Source: Lepidodermella squamata (Eukaryota; Animalia; Gastrotricha). From it: a stretch of 64,000 nucleotides of DNA. Positions 34,267 through 47,800 of the stretch are shown piece by piece. Position numbers and translations under genes: made by a program. The number at the start of each line of letters is the position of its first letter. Position 1 is the first letter of the stretch. The DNA is taken from positions 4,836,001 through 4,900,000 of the forward strand of contig JBLDXI010000042.1 of assembly GCA_047495785.1 (NCBI GenBank). The letters run 5' to 3'. The notes beneath the pieces are model-generated. The model made no database searches. It worked only from the letters and a program-made list of their open reading frames with translations, and was not told the DNA's origin.

Positions 34267-35235
34267 ATGGCTGTATCAGCGGTAGAAACAAAGACATTGC
34301 ATGATTTCAAAAACATTCGGAAAATTGCCATACCAAACATGCGGCAACTTGAGCAAATGAAAATTAAAAGAAAGATACCAATGCAAAGAATATCATGGGA
34401 AAGCTGATTCAAAGTACCATTTGATGATGGCGTAATTTTTTAGTCACTAATCCAGAATCCAGGCCCGGCAGCAAACCTGAAAGTTCCAGCTTTCCCTATT
34501 AGAAAGCTTCCCCAAAAATTACTGAATACCCTAATTTCCCGGCTGCAACGCAGCCAGATCTGCCTTCTCTTCAGTACGCGAAGTATGATCATAGAACTAG
34601 GGGGTATATACGGGCCCAAATTGTATGACCAAAGGGTCCCCCTGTCGTTTTTTTTGGGAGTTTTTCCACTTTGACCTTGGACCTGGGGGTTCGATATACG
34701 ATACCCCCACCCCATCTCCCCTCCCCCCTTCCGTACTTCGCGCACTGTTTCTCTTCTACACCCCTGTTTTCAGTTGTTGGGAATAACTTTCTCTTCACTT
34801 TGAAATTTGGTCGAATCAATTACCTATTTGAAATTCGGTTCCGCTTGAAACACAGACATTTTCTCTCCACAACCGAAAAAACAAGGGACAATCATTTCTT
34901 CCGTTCTTTACTTCGAATAAAAATAATCGATTTATCAGAAAAAAAAATTAAATTTAATATTCAATATCTCTTTTGGCACGAAATAAATAATCATCACAGA
35001 GGTTATGTAAAAAATGGTTATTCGAAGCAGAGAGAAGAAAAATATCAAAGTTGATGCTCAAAACTAGGTATGCAATGTATCAAGACAGTAACAACTAGAG
35101 TTTGGCATGCCGATGAAACGGGTAATTTCTTTTCCAAATCGAAAACACATAACGCGCGAGTATTGCAAAGCGTGACGAATACGATTAATACGACGATTAC
35201 GTAGCGCAGATTACTATTAGGTAGCCAATGCATTT

Positions 35236-38200
35236 TCACTTGACTTGCGGGCGCTGTTTCTGCTTGGCAGAGGCCCGCGAGGCGGCGCCGGGCGTCGCTG
35301 CACCCGTTTTGCGGCCCGTTGCGTCCGGCGACGAGTCCTCCTCTGGACTTGCACTTGTCGCATTCACCGCAGCCGCAGCAGCCTGAGGAAATAAATTCAA
35401 TGAAAAAATGAAAAATCATCGAAAATAGTGATATCACGTGCTACAAAACGGTAAAAATCCCCCAGGGATAAAAAATTGATCAATTTTCTAAAATTAAGCC
35501 TAAAGAGAGAATCTCCAATTCTTCATTGGCGATTTTAACGAAAAAATAACAAATTTACCGGAGAAAATAGGGAAAAACCCGATGGTTAATTTTTCGGTAA
35601 TTTTCGGTATTTTACCAAAAATTTAATAAATTAATAAATTTAATCAAAATAAACATTTTTACTAGATCTACATTTGTTATCGACGATTTGAAGAAATTCA
35701 AAAATTAATGCAGAAAACCCGAAAAAACCCGATGGTAATTGGTTCGGTAATTTTCGGTTTTTTTACCCGTTTGGACCAAATTTCTCCAGATTTATTTCTA
35801 ATCCTACAGCAAGTTGCATACATTATTACTATGGCTTTTTGAATTTTTTACTGGCCCTAAAATACGATTTCGCTACTTATTTTTGAGTCTCAGATCAATA
35901 TTCCGGGTATTTTCTTTTTTTGTGTTGCTGATGGGACATGGTGTAAATTGTCTGATTTTTTTCTCGTAAAAAATGTATCAGCTTTACTCACCATAAATAC
36001 GCAGAAATTTTCGACTTCGGTGGTAGGCGCCGACATGGGCCGGCCAGCCGTGGCCACGAACAGATCGGCTGTAATTTTGTTGCGCCTTACCGCCGCCTCG
36101 TCGCCTCGACTCGTTGCACCATCGCCGGATTTCGATTTCATGGAATCAGCCGCCGATTCGGCCGCCAGCGACAGCAAATCGGCCGCTTCGACGATGGCCG
36201 ATGCGCCGAGTTTGGCCGCTCGTTGGCGCAGCAGCTGCGCTTGTCTCACCCTGCGTTCCTCGTCCTCGGTCGACGGATTCGCCGGGATGAGCGGCAGGCC
36301 GCTTCGAATTCGACTTTGAAGCACAGCCTATAAGGAATTCATAAGAAATCGGAAATTTAAAAATCAATCAAGCATGAAGTCTAAACACAACGAAACTGAA
36401 GACGAGAAACAACAAATTTGCAAGCGGAAACAAAAATAGAGAATAGAGAAATGAAACGAAATTTTTGGGTGATAAATAGACTAAATGCGTTACCTCAACG
36501 AGTTGTTCGCGGTACTGAGCTCTGGACTAAAATTCATTATAAAAATAATTAGACTGGTTGAAACACCTGAGCTTAACAACGAAAGAAATCTAAATTCAAA
36601 ACCCGTTTCAAGTTTTTCATTTCAATTTTTCTATTTTGGCGAACTTTTACTTTAATTCCTGATAATTCACCTCTCATATAGGAAGTTGTCTGATTTTTTG
36701 GAAGCCTGATTAGTTTTTCAGAAGAAGGATTTTTTCAACCGAAAGTTCATTAGGTCTAGGAAAGATTTTTCGGAAAATGATTAATGGCTGGCCTATAATT
36801 TATTTAAAGATTTATAATTTTCGCAAATAATCCGAGTTCAAATTTATTCGCAGAATATCTTTTGACGGGACTAAATTCACACTGAGCGGAACCTAATTTT
36901 CTGTTGCGGAACCTTACTCAAAACGTGCCAAATGTTGATTTTCAAATAATTCTAATTAGAATTTGGGGCAATGTATGATTTCGAAAATGAACGCAATGCT
37001 TTGCATGGAATTTTACGCTGAATTTAAAAATAATTTATTTACAATTACGATGGTCCATCTTTGGAAGTTCTGAAAAGTGACTTTAGGGCCAATTAATATT
37101 CAAAAATTTGCGTCCGCTACAGCAAATTTGCTTCCGGTAACAGGAGGACCCATATCTTCAATTTCAGGCCTCGATTTTTCAGTTAAAAAACTTCCTTCCA
37201 AAAGGCTGAAAACTACCTTGAAATTCCAGCGAGATTTTCCATTATTTTCCTCATTTATTTTTCCTATTAAAATATTAGTAGAACCTAAATTTTGGAGAAT
37301 TCATCAAATTCATTCATCAATATTTTCTGAATTAGACAAAAAATCGGATATGATGGCTCTATTTCGAGGGAAATTGACCACCAAAATAAGGTTTCGGGAT
37401 AAAATTTCGATCTCGATATTCAATTTTAGAGAATGGTAATGCAAGGTTAAAAACCTTGAAATCTAAGAAAAAATCTGTGTAAGGAGAAATGTCTCACATT
37501 TGCAAGTTGAGCAGCATTTCGCGACCGTTCGCGCATTTCAAGATCGCGCTCTAGCATATCACAGCTCTGCTTATGCACCGAAACTGCGTACAACCGTTTG
37601 ATATCCGCATTCTCTGAAATGTAACTCTCCAAGCGCCGCTGCCACATGTCCGCATTTTGCTGCAATTTCGTCGAAAAATCACGCTCCATCGACGTTAAAC
37701 GCATCGTCAACTCGGCGGCTTCTCGCGTTTTCTCCGCCAACTGCCGCGTTGTATCTTCGAGCTTCGACTCAAACTCGCGCAATCTCTCGTGAAGGCCTTC
37801 AATTAACTGCTGCTGCCGGCCAACTTTTTCGCTCAGTGAATACGCGTCCTTGTACTTTCTGAGTAACGAATTAACCTCAGATTCGTGTTCGTGCTTGACA
37901 ACTTCCATTTCTTCGGCCTGTTTACGCTTCAGTTTAGCAACTTCATCCGCGTGAGTTGCGTTGTTTCTATCGACAATCGACTGCCAACGCGCGTCAGCTT
38001 CTTCCTGAATCTTTTTACGCATTTCTTCCTCCTTTTTCTTCCACTTCAACTCCATTTCAGCTGTGAATGACACGCGAAATTCGTCGAAAGCATTTTCCAA
38101 ATGCTCGATTTGGTCTTCGAGTTTTTCTGAGAGAAAAGCGTAGATTAATCCTGAAATCAAATAAAAAAAATGTATTACTTTGAACTCTTGAGTGATTGTT

Positions 38201-39794
38201 TTTCATCTCGTTGACGAGATCCTCGTGATTTTGATTAATTTCAGCGATTTTAGCCTCGTATTTTCCGGTTAGAGATTTGATTGCAGCCTCTCTTTCAGCA
38301 TCCTTTCTAGCCCTCAGCTGGACTAGTCTTTCTTCATACTAAGAGAATAAATTGGATCTAATTAGCAATCAGATTATCGGCTGAATTTCTCACCATTTTC
38401 TTAGTGTCATTGTGGTTTAGCCGTTCTTCGCCTAATTGAAGCTGGAAATCATCGACTTGCTATGGTAAAAAAGCACAATAATTTAGAAGAATATAATCAC
38501 TCATCACCAAACTCACCTGTTGCATTTGAGCGATGACTTTGTCCCTGCGGAAGTCGCATTCAATAAATTGATGAACTTATTCAAATTTCAACTCACTTGA
38601 TCGCCAGCTCTGCTTCCTTCACTTTGATCATCCTGAAAACAAAACGGTAACACAGTGAACAAATATTCTTTACATTCGTTTAGCTAAAAAGCAAAGCAAT
38701 AACTATTTCTAGGCATATTCGGCCTAATTTGCAAATTAAAAAGATTAAAAAGCTAAAAGCTATTAAATCTAAAGCAGCAACTCACTGATCAAGCTGAACT
38801 AAAGCATCCGTTGCTATTTTCCGGGCTCTTGTAATAATTAAAAAATTGTTATCACTGCAAATCAGCTGGAAGCTTGCATGAAAGGTTAGGCATACAAAAT
38901 AAGATTCGGCATGGGTAAGCATCGATAAGCCAAGCAAAGCTTATAAGGTATGAATGATCAGACCTTTGAAGTCTAGCAATCCTCTTGAACTCATTCTCGG
39001 GGCCTGCCCCAGCGCCGTTAGCATTGCTATCGGCATCACTGAACGCATATACCAATATCATTGATACTCCCGAGGTATGGTATGTCGCGTGAATAAAATT
39101 CAACTTACAGCTCAAGATCTTCCTCCATTTCCTTACGAAGGATGGAAGATGCCGTCGGTTTAGTTTTGCTGTCTGATGTGGTCGTGCGAGAAGCATCCTC
39201 TGGCCCGTATGATACCTCAGCTACGAAAGACGATTTTGACTTCATTATTCGAACGCCAGGTTGCTCCGCCACGACCTCCAAAGGGCTCTGAGGATTAACC
39301 GAGATATAAGGGTAAGGATGAAATTCTAGCTTCGTGTTACCTGCGGGCGCTTTGGCTTCAACTTTTGCAACTTCCGATTGCCTGGCAAGCGATAAACGCC
39401 CCCTTTAGGAGGAGCAGTTTCTTGCACGCACTCGTCAAGTCTACGGCAGCTATTCGGGCGGAAAGCAACTCTTCCGTCATTCACAGCAGCCCCCATGGAA
39501 GCCGGCACGGTCCTTGAAATAAACACAAGACCAATCAAATTAAATGAGTCATTATTATTTTAAGGAAAGCATAGGAACGGAAACTGAATTCACAGACTCT
39601 AACATAACATCAAAATATGGAAATGGTAAGGTTAAAATTACCAAGGATCACTAGAAATTTCAAGCATCAATGGTTAGTATTCGTACTTTCAATGAAACGC
39701 AAAATAATTACTTCGGTCTATGTTTGCCATCCCCATCGCCAGTGACGCGAATGTTGCCAGAGTAATAAGGCTCCGGTAATAACACCTCAGACAT
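35236..39794 (-). CDS. Multi-exon coiled-coil protein, FLACC1/ALS2CR12-like
   Basis: Phase-consistent exons near 39794-39712, 39512-39341, 38632-38597, 38544-38517, 38459-38394, 38338-38180, ~38130-37498, 36327-35992, 35382-35236 (exons between 38640 and 39340 not resolved). KDKVIAQMQQQ...EERLNH...FTAEMELKWKKKE resembles FLACC1 as I remember it. Confidence 0.5.
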
Positions 39795-41323
39795 CCTTCT
39801 TCAGATAAACTCTATGAAAAATCAGCAAAATTTATCACATCTTCGCATGATTGACACTGGAAGAAAGAAGCTCAAATTACAAATGCTCGAATCTAAGGTT
39901 TAGGAAAACGTTTGTCTGCTGAACTCACAAAATGATTAAAGACAGAAACTATAGCACCGAGTCTGGCACTGCAAACACCAACACTCTGATTATCTGCATG
40001 AAACCAACATCCAAGAAAGATTTCTACTATTTTTTGGAAATTTCCGGTTATATTTTAAAATAACGGCCATGCATCTGTGATTCCTACTCACAGTCGACCG
40101 CAAAAGCCTGAGCTACGATATGGGTGCTCATCTAACATAACAACGTTGCCAAGGTTATTTGTCAAGGTCGAAATAAAAATAAATTTTCCATTAAACAGTC
40201 ATTTAATTTTTAAATTATTTTTGATCAATAAAAGCATCCTTATTATTTTTTGCAAAAGCGCGCTATTTTTAAAAATAAATACCTAACAACACGTCGAATG
40301 ATAAATCTTTTACGAACTTACTGTGTAACTGTGTAACATGATACTGACTGGGGCGTTTTGCAATAGAAGTGTCGTGTTGAATCACCAGATTTGGTGGCAG
40401 GGTTTAAGCCCCATACATCCATCATAAATCACAAGACAAGACACATGTTTCAAGTGATGCTGGTCGCGCTAACGCGGGGAACTTTCCAATGTGAAATTAT
40501 TTGAGATTTGAACGATACCTATTATTTATGATTCCTGTTTTATTCGTTTTATGGCTCTGTTTGGCTTCTGTATTCTGTATATCCGAAATTCAAACGGTGA
40601 ACTTGCAAGTTGGAAGAGTCAATATGTAACTGTTTTTGGCACTGTAGACATTGCTGTCTGACGGTACCCACGTTACGGCAGGAATGTCACACTTGAAGCA
40701 ACTTGACTAAAGAGTAAATGTCTTGCAACTTACAACTGTCAATTGCCTAAAACTCGAAGAAATTGAACTTGTTGTATATGGTGCCTTGTGCCTTAATCCA
40801 TATTTTTCCGTTCGATGTTCGATGCGAAAGTATTAGCTGAAATTTGCTCACTGAATCGACTTCAAGCTGGAGATGTCTGCCAAATCATTGGTATCGTAAA
40901 CTGACTATTTACGCATCCTATTCAGTGGGATATCTGAGAAAAGTAGAGCCATAATATTTTCGGAGAGCAAGAGTAGCTGTGTGTGAAGCTATGTGAAACA
41001 TTGTAGTCATGCATGTCCGATATTCCGATATGCCGGCACGTAATGAATAGGGGAATGCTCCAACCAAAGGCCCAACCAAAGGCTTTTTATGACCATACTC
41101 AATTAACGATCGAAACTCGGCGCAAGATTCCTGTTCTCAAAGTAGCAGCGTGGTTTATTTTTCTGCTTGGACTGAAGCCTTATCATATAGAAAGGTCGTA
41201 AATGAAAAGTTTGCAATTCGAAGCAAATAATATGGGTAATGAGCAACTGAGTAAAAGGAATGATTCGAAGTTTTGGCACATAAAAGAGTAAATTTGTATC
41301 AACAACTACGTTTAGGTCATAGG

Positions 41324-41947
41324 TCATTTATGCAGTTTTTCGCAGGCACTTTGAAACATCGTGCGCAATCCTAAATGGCTGCTTTCGAGAGAAACAGTGA
41401 ACATTTCAGGAAGTGCCATTTGACTCATAATCCGCGTCGACAAAACACCGTCGTCAAAACCTGAGCATGGCATAGCTGTGAAATGATTGGAAGGATAACT
41501 CGATGGACCAGGTAAACTGAGTTCAGGCGGTGACAGCTTTGCAGATTGCAGTATAGTTGATCTACTGGGCGAGCTGTTCGCGTCTTGCAGAGAAAAAGAC
41601 CGCGGCACTGGGAAATCCTGAGAAATAAAACATAAATCTACGGTAAATACATTGATAGTTCTTACTGTTTCAGTCGTTTTCTTAGAAGTTTCAAACACCT
41701 GATTTGACAGCGACTGATGTTTGGAGTACTGCCCCACGCATTCTTTGATTCGCCGTCGTTGATCCCTGTCCATCAGATGAATATCGCCGCTGGGAAACAC
41801 TCGGCCGTGAGAAGAATTGCGGCTTCGCGTTTGCTTTTGATTGACGCCCCGGTCGTGAGGGAACCGACGATGCTTCCTTGTTCTCTGCTCGATGCCAAAA
41901 TTAGGAGCTGTTTGCCCTTTTCCATGTTTTCTCAAGACTGAATGCAT
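41324..41947 (-). CDS. Uncharacterised protein, probably 3' exons of a multi-exon gene
   Basis: 207-aa ORF containing a probable ~45-bp in-frame intron (~41618-41665); further splice-like signals up to ~42300; no recognisable domain. Confidence 0.3.
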   Translation of the reverse strand: MHSVLRKHGKGQTAPNFGIEQRTRKHRRFPHDRGVNQKQTRSRNSSHGRVFPSGDIHLMDRDQRRRIKECVGQYSKHQSLSNQVFETSKKTTETVRTINVFTVDLCFISQDFPVPRSFSLQDANSSPSRSTILQSAKLSPPELSLPGPSSYPSNHFTAMPCSGFDDGVLSTRIMSQMALPEMFTVSLESSHLGLRTMFQSACEKLHK

Positions 41948-42528
41948 TAGCTGCTACTGAATATCGCGAAATAAATTCTGATAATTCTAAAAATACACAT
42001 TACGAAAAAGTCAGCATGCTGTAAGGTGTAACAGTTAACTCAACATGGATAAAAATGGATTGAGGTGGCGCCGAAACTTCTCGACGTTGCTATAATTTTC
42101 AATGCGGTTTCATTGCAAGAGAATTTTGCTACCTTGGCTGCACTTCCCGCTTTCTTTAGCGTGTTTCAAACAGTGGGCCCGAAGCAACAGCCTTAGGTTG
42201 AGACAAATGGTGACAATTTTTGCAAGATGAATTTTACAATAAAAGCTTCTTTCCATCCTCCAGAGGCCTCCGGAGATAGATCACCTGGAAGACTGTTCCG
42301 CCAGGCAACCACTAGAAACGCAAAAGATCTGCGGAAGGGAAAATCTTACGCCGGTACCTTTCATTTAATTCAATACCTAACCACTTTGTTGGTTTTTTAA
42401 CTGGTTGGGGTTTGGGATAGGGTTAGGGTTAGGGCTGGGGTTGGGTCTTGAAATTTGGGATTCCGAACTAATTGGAATAATTTGGTACTTAATTCAATAA
42501 TTTGGTAATGAGTTCACAATCAGCCTCC

Positions 42529-42940
42529 GCGGAACGCAGCCGAGTGGTTGCCAGGACAAAGCAACTTATTATTAGCATTATAACGAGAATTTCTGGCTAG
42601 ATGGAGATACGAAGAGATCTGGACTAGATAGGCATTTTTCTGAAAATAATCTGATAGGAGCACACAGTAGTTCTGTGGATAGCTGCCTGCTGTGCATTGA
42701 GCGTCAAGATCGATGGGCACGAGTTCGATCCCCGCCCGGGTCGGCCGTGATTCATCAATGACGCTCTACCCCGACGGTGGCCGACCACTCCATCGTGTTA
42801 CAAAAGTGAAAAGTGGTAGATTAGGAGTGTCAGCGAGACTGCACTAATCGCTACCTAGCTGTCCGACTGAAGACACCCCAACAAGCGACCCTAAGAGCGC
42901 TCATTCGGGACCCGTGGCTTCGGCCCATCCATTTAACATT
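42529..42940 (+). mobile_element. Probable tRNA-derived SINE with interrupted head
   Basis: A-box-like GCAGCCGAGTGGTT (42536-42549) and B-box GAGTTCGATCCC (42721-42732) separated by ~150 bp of apparent insert; GC-rich body ends at an AT-rich boundary. Confidence 0.45.
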
Positions 42941-44853
42941 CAACGAATGAGACATCTCAAAATTAATCTATTTTTTTTAATCTGATCGCTGTTTATTAGA
43001 TCTCGGAACTTGCGTTTGCCAGATGGGAAGTTGAGTCCAAAGCCCTGTTCTAAAAACAAGTCATCTGTGGCTTTTAGCATAAAACTAAGGAGGACATTAT
43101 CAAAACTTTATCAAAATCTCTAGCATGTTGTAGAGGTTCAGCAATGGTTTGAGGCAAGTGAGAAGTGGCATATGGCACTTTCATTTCGCAGAAAAACCCG
43201 CAGAAAGCAAAACAAAAACATAATCTAACGAAAAAAGTGGAAAAAAACTTGCACGACCCTGCTGCTGTGATAAATAGCGCGTAAATTCAAAAATTGATTT
43301 CGACGTCTAATATTGTATAGGTGCTGAGGCTGAATATTTTTTACAATTTTCATTACATACTCATATCGTGAAATTCAAATATCGAAATCCCTGGTTTTAA
43401 TGAGTGGTTACACTTTTCTCGACAAAAGGGACAAAAGGAGCCTTAAAAAAGGTAGCCTGGGTTTTCTAGCCAAAAGTCGAACTGGAGTATAGGTAGAGAA
43501 ACAGGTGTCGAGACCTCATAAGAAGTCTGGTCACGAGATTTCAAGTTTTCTAGGAGCAGATGAGGCTAGTGGCGACAACTTGTACCCACCCGCCCGGGCG
43601 AGTAGAAATAGTGATAGAAATTGTTTCAGTGTAACCACTGTCACATATCAGGTTGTTTTACTTTGGGATTTGAAGAATCTTGGAGTAGACAGAGGCCATC
43701 AATTCAATGATTTTTCAGGCTTCAAATCATCGAGAACATTTATCGTGAGAAGAATTATACTTAATCAAGCTAACAACTTGGTCGGTTCCATATTATCATC
43801 TTTCATACATTTCATGCCTGTGGGAGGTTTCAGTTCGAACTCTCATTGCTTATTGCTTGTAACTTTAGTAGTTAATAGCTCAATTCTATACGAGCTTCGT
43901 TCTTTGTCGAGTTTGACTCGGTACTTATTCATAATTTTTGTCAGCAATTTATGCTAGAATTGCAGATGACTACAGGATGGTGTCACAGTATCGATAGTCC
44001 AGGTCTTTATTCTTATCGGCCAATCCAAGATGCTCTTAGCAGACTGAGTTAAGGACAAGCAAAAGGAGGTAGATAAAATTGAGTATTTAAAGGTCAAGAG
44101 TTTGCTCTTCGGGCCACTTTCATACTTGGGCGATGGACGAAAGCTTGTTACTTCTGTGTACATTGAGCTCAGTGATCTTCCGCGCGTGAACGAAGGCTTC
44201 ATACCGCGAATTTATCTTTGGAGAGAATGTTGATTGGTGGTTTTGAGAGCATTCGCCATAGCCATTATCAAATTTAGTAAAGTGGAGTTGAAACTCGGAA
44301 CTTTTACGGAGGAAATTCTTGTTTTCAATCTTCTCAATCATTTGTTTTGCTTTACCAAGTTGAAATATCACCGCCGGAGAATCATCGACGTCAATTTTTA
44401 GCTGAGCCTTTTGACAAATTGGTGATCGATTGACTTGTCAATGATTTTTGGCGATTGATGAAGTACTAACGCATGTGATAAGTGATTCACCGGTCGGTGA
44501 TTCACTGCGCATTCATCTGGTCATATTATCCTCTCGCTGGCTAATATTCACTAGTTGATTAACGCTTCCGATTCAGTGCTGAATTTGGACATGCGTAGTT
44601 TACTAAACGTATCAAAACTGTCATATCTCCTTGAGTTATTACGCTAGTCTGATAGCGCAAAAATGTTAGTAAATCTGATAACAAAGTGGTTTTTCTCGTT
44701 CTGCTTTCATCATTCTATCTAATGTTTGCGTAGACGTATTATTTCGTGATTGAGGGCAATTTAGATTGCATGAAATCTGCATTATTACAGCTCCACAATT
44801 TATGGCTTTGCGTTTTATAGAATTTTTAATTTGAAAAACTTACCAGCTGTAAC

Positions 44854-47800
44854 ATGGCCACGAATTTACACCTGAATCTTGGCCATGATAACGGTAATAA
44901 CAATGGAAACGGCAACAAATTCAAGCTGACTAAAGAGGATAGCAACAGCTCGGAAGGCTCGGAGCCGCCTCAGCGAGAGCACAACATCGCTTCACCTTCA
45001 CCCTCCCCTACGAACGCTAGTCCAACCAAGCTGAGAAGTTAGTTTTGTTTTGTGAAATTCCAATGATTTTTAACATTTCATTTTAATCTAGAGTTGGAAC
45101 AGGGCCTCTTATCGCCAACTAAGGTGAAATATCCATCTTATCTCGGCGATGTGAATGTCGTCTCAGGCTCGGAAGCTGTCATTGGCGAGCATGATTCGTC
45201 GACATTCGACGCGTTATCTCTAGCCCACGCCGTTGATAAAAGCCTTAAAAAACCGGAAAATCAAATGACTCGAAGCTTTACGGCCGCTTTGAGTCCAAAA
45301 GGCTCGACTACCCCACTCATGATCGCGTTGGGGCCAGTTGCCTCAGATGGGCTGTCTAAAAACGGCGGCTCTTCGATTCATTCGCCGCATTCTGTGCTGA
45401 GTGCCACACCGCCTGCGAGGGAGGCTGCTCTACTTGTTGAGGAAGCGTTCGAGTTGTCCGAGTATCCGATTGAGGAACAAGAATCACGCGCTCACGGCAT
45501 TGAGCGGCAGATAACGACGTAAGTCGATCGATAATTTATCGATCTGAGATTTTTCTTATCATCTCGACTAATTGCCTTGTGATGCGCGCGTATTAGGTAT
45601 CACCTAAACCGACTACTCAGTGCAGTCTGTATTTTTTTTCTACTCTGTAAAAAATATATATGTCGCAGAAGTCGGATTTTGTTCCTGCTGTAGTTTCCAT
45701 GTCATCGACTAATGACAAAACTAGTGTTAATGGGAATAGTTCTTACGGTTGTTATACGAAGCGAGGACTCCGCGGTGACCTATCGTGGCCATCTGAGAGC
45801 GATATTTTCGAAGCCATGAACAATGCTGCTGAAACTAGCGATCTAGAAATTGCTGAGAACGAAAAATATACTGTCTTCGGTGAAGTTAACTGGTGCGCTT
45901 TCTTCTGTTTTTAAGCGCGCGATAAAATAATTCTGGGGAGATTTTCTGCTATCTTTCAACATTTATATTTAAAATGAGTAATTGCCATATTTTATGTTTC
46001 CATGGAACTAATTTTCAGAATGTTGCGAATTCCGTAAGTGGAATTAGTCTAGACAAGCACAAATTTTATCCCTATGTCTTATAATTTTACCCCCTAACCT
46101 AATCGTAGAAGATAATCGTTTCACGACTTGCTTGCCTTCACCTCGCCTCAATAATTTAAAATAGCTTTTTAAAACGTTATTTATAGGTTTTTTCCTTCAG
46201 AATAGCTCATTTTGACCCTTTTCAGAAGTAATGTAATATATTTTCTTCAGAAGAAAGCTATTAAAATGTCTCAATGGACACTATTTTTTAGTCGCAGCAT
46301 TATTGAAGCAGGATTTTTTAATTTTATCGATTGACTTATTTAATTTTTTTGCTCATTTTTAAGTTCGCAAATGTGAGCTGCAGAAGGGAGAATTAGGGAC
46401 AATCTTCAGCTTTGATTTTAACTAGAATTTTTTCGAAGAATTTTGCCCTTATCTAAATTCTTAGCTGAATATATGTTCGCTTTAAGTTATTCTAAAAAAT
46501 ATGCCGGTCGGTTTTTGCATTCAGGCTAGAATCACCGATAAAATGTAACTTTTTTATCGATATTTGAAAAAATGAAATAGTCATGAACCAACAATTATCC
46601 TAGAGATCTAATTTGGTAAGCCAAACCAATATAGATGAATCAGTTAGGATGACTCATGTTAGGATGAACATATTTTAAGAAAATCTAAAAATTATGAATA
46701 TTTCTTTTAGGAAGAGATAAACTGGGCGAATTTTTGCTAGCAAGAGGCAATTATCTCTGGGAATTTACCATTTGGACACTATGAATGGAACTTTTGAAAG
46801 GCTGACAATCAAGTCAGATATTTTGACAGATAATATCCAATATCTTGTCGCTTTTTTCAGCTTGGAGAGAGCGACTACTGAAATCGATGAAGAGGAAGAT
46901 GACGAAGAGGAAGAGGAGAAGAACGGAGCCGAGGCGGCATCAACCGCCGTCGGCGTGCGGCGATCACACAAGAAAACGGACGATGTCGTCGATAGGCTGG
47001 TTCAGGTTCAAGCCGCAACAGGCGCGCATCACGGCCACGCCCTGCACGCGTCTATCTCGGCGTTCCCGCGCATGCTCGACGCAGAAACGTGCATCGGCCA
47101 CATTGACCACCGCATCAAATACCAGCGCATCGTCATCAACGGCGCGGCTATGGGCGTGCTGCCTGAAGACCTGTTGGATGCGGCGAATCGCTTGATTGCG
47201 GCGTTGAAAATGCGCGAGTTCTACATGGCCCGGTCGTTGCAGCCGTTTTGCAAGACGACGTCGCGTTTCTTGGATACAACGTCGAAAGGCCGGTGTCTTG
47301 ATGTTGCGGCGATGATTAAAGAATCGGAACGCAAGCCGCCCGTTCAACCAGGTACGATGCATTATTTGGCATAAATTTATTCATATTTTGTAAATTTGAG
47401 TTCGGACGAATTTTCAAGGCTGCTTGCAACTCATTTCATTTTCTGTAGATTTAATCGGATTTTTTATATCGAAATATCTGATTTTCGTTTTGTTATTATT
47501 GTTAGAGTTGATCAAATCCTGGTTGATATGGTGAATAGGAGGTGTTATATTTTGCGAATCTCCCAAATTCTAAAATAGTATTTTCAAATACCAAATTTCT
47601 ATTTCAAAATATTTTTAATTTTTATGAGAAATTTCACCCATGAGAAATGTGTTATTTTTGAGAATTCCTTCAAATAATTCATGTTAAGGAGCGTCGCTTG
47701 AAAAATTGAACAATTTAGTCTAAATCAGTCAGTTTTTCAGATTCAAGAAAAATTCAGCCCCGCTCTCGGTTCTCTCGATCTTCGATTCTAATCCAAAGAC

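Noticed and set aside
42529-42740. Functional tRNA gene
   Set aside because: A and B boxes are ~170 bp apart and no cloverleaf could be built; treated as a SINE head.
43500-44371. Fragmented minus-strand ORFs possibly from a decayed hAT transposase
   Set aside because: Only vague resemblance, many stops, no TIR or TSD found; needs TBLASTX.
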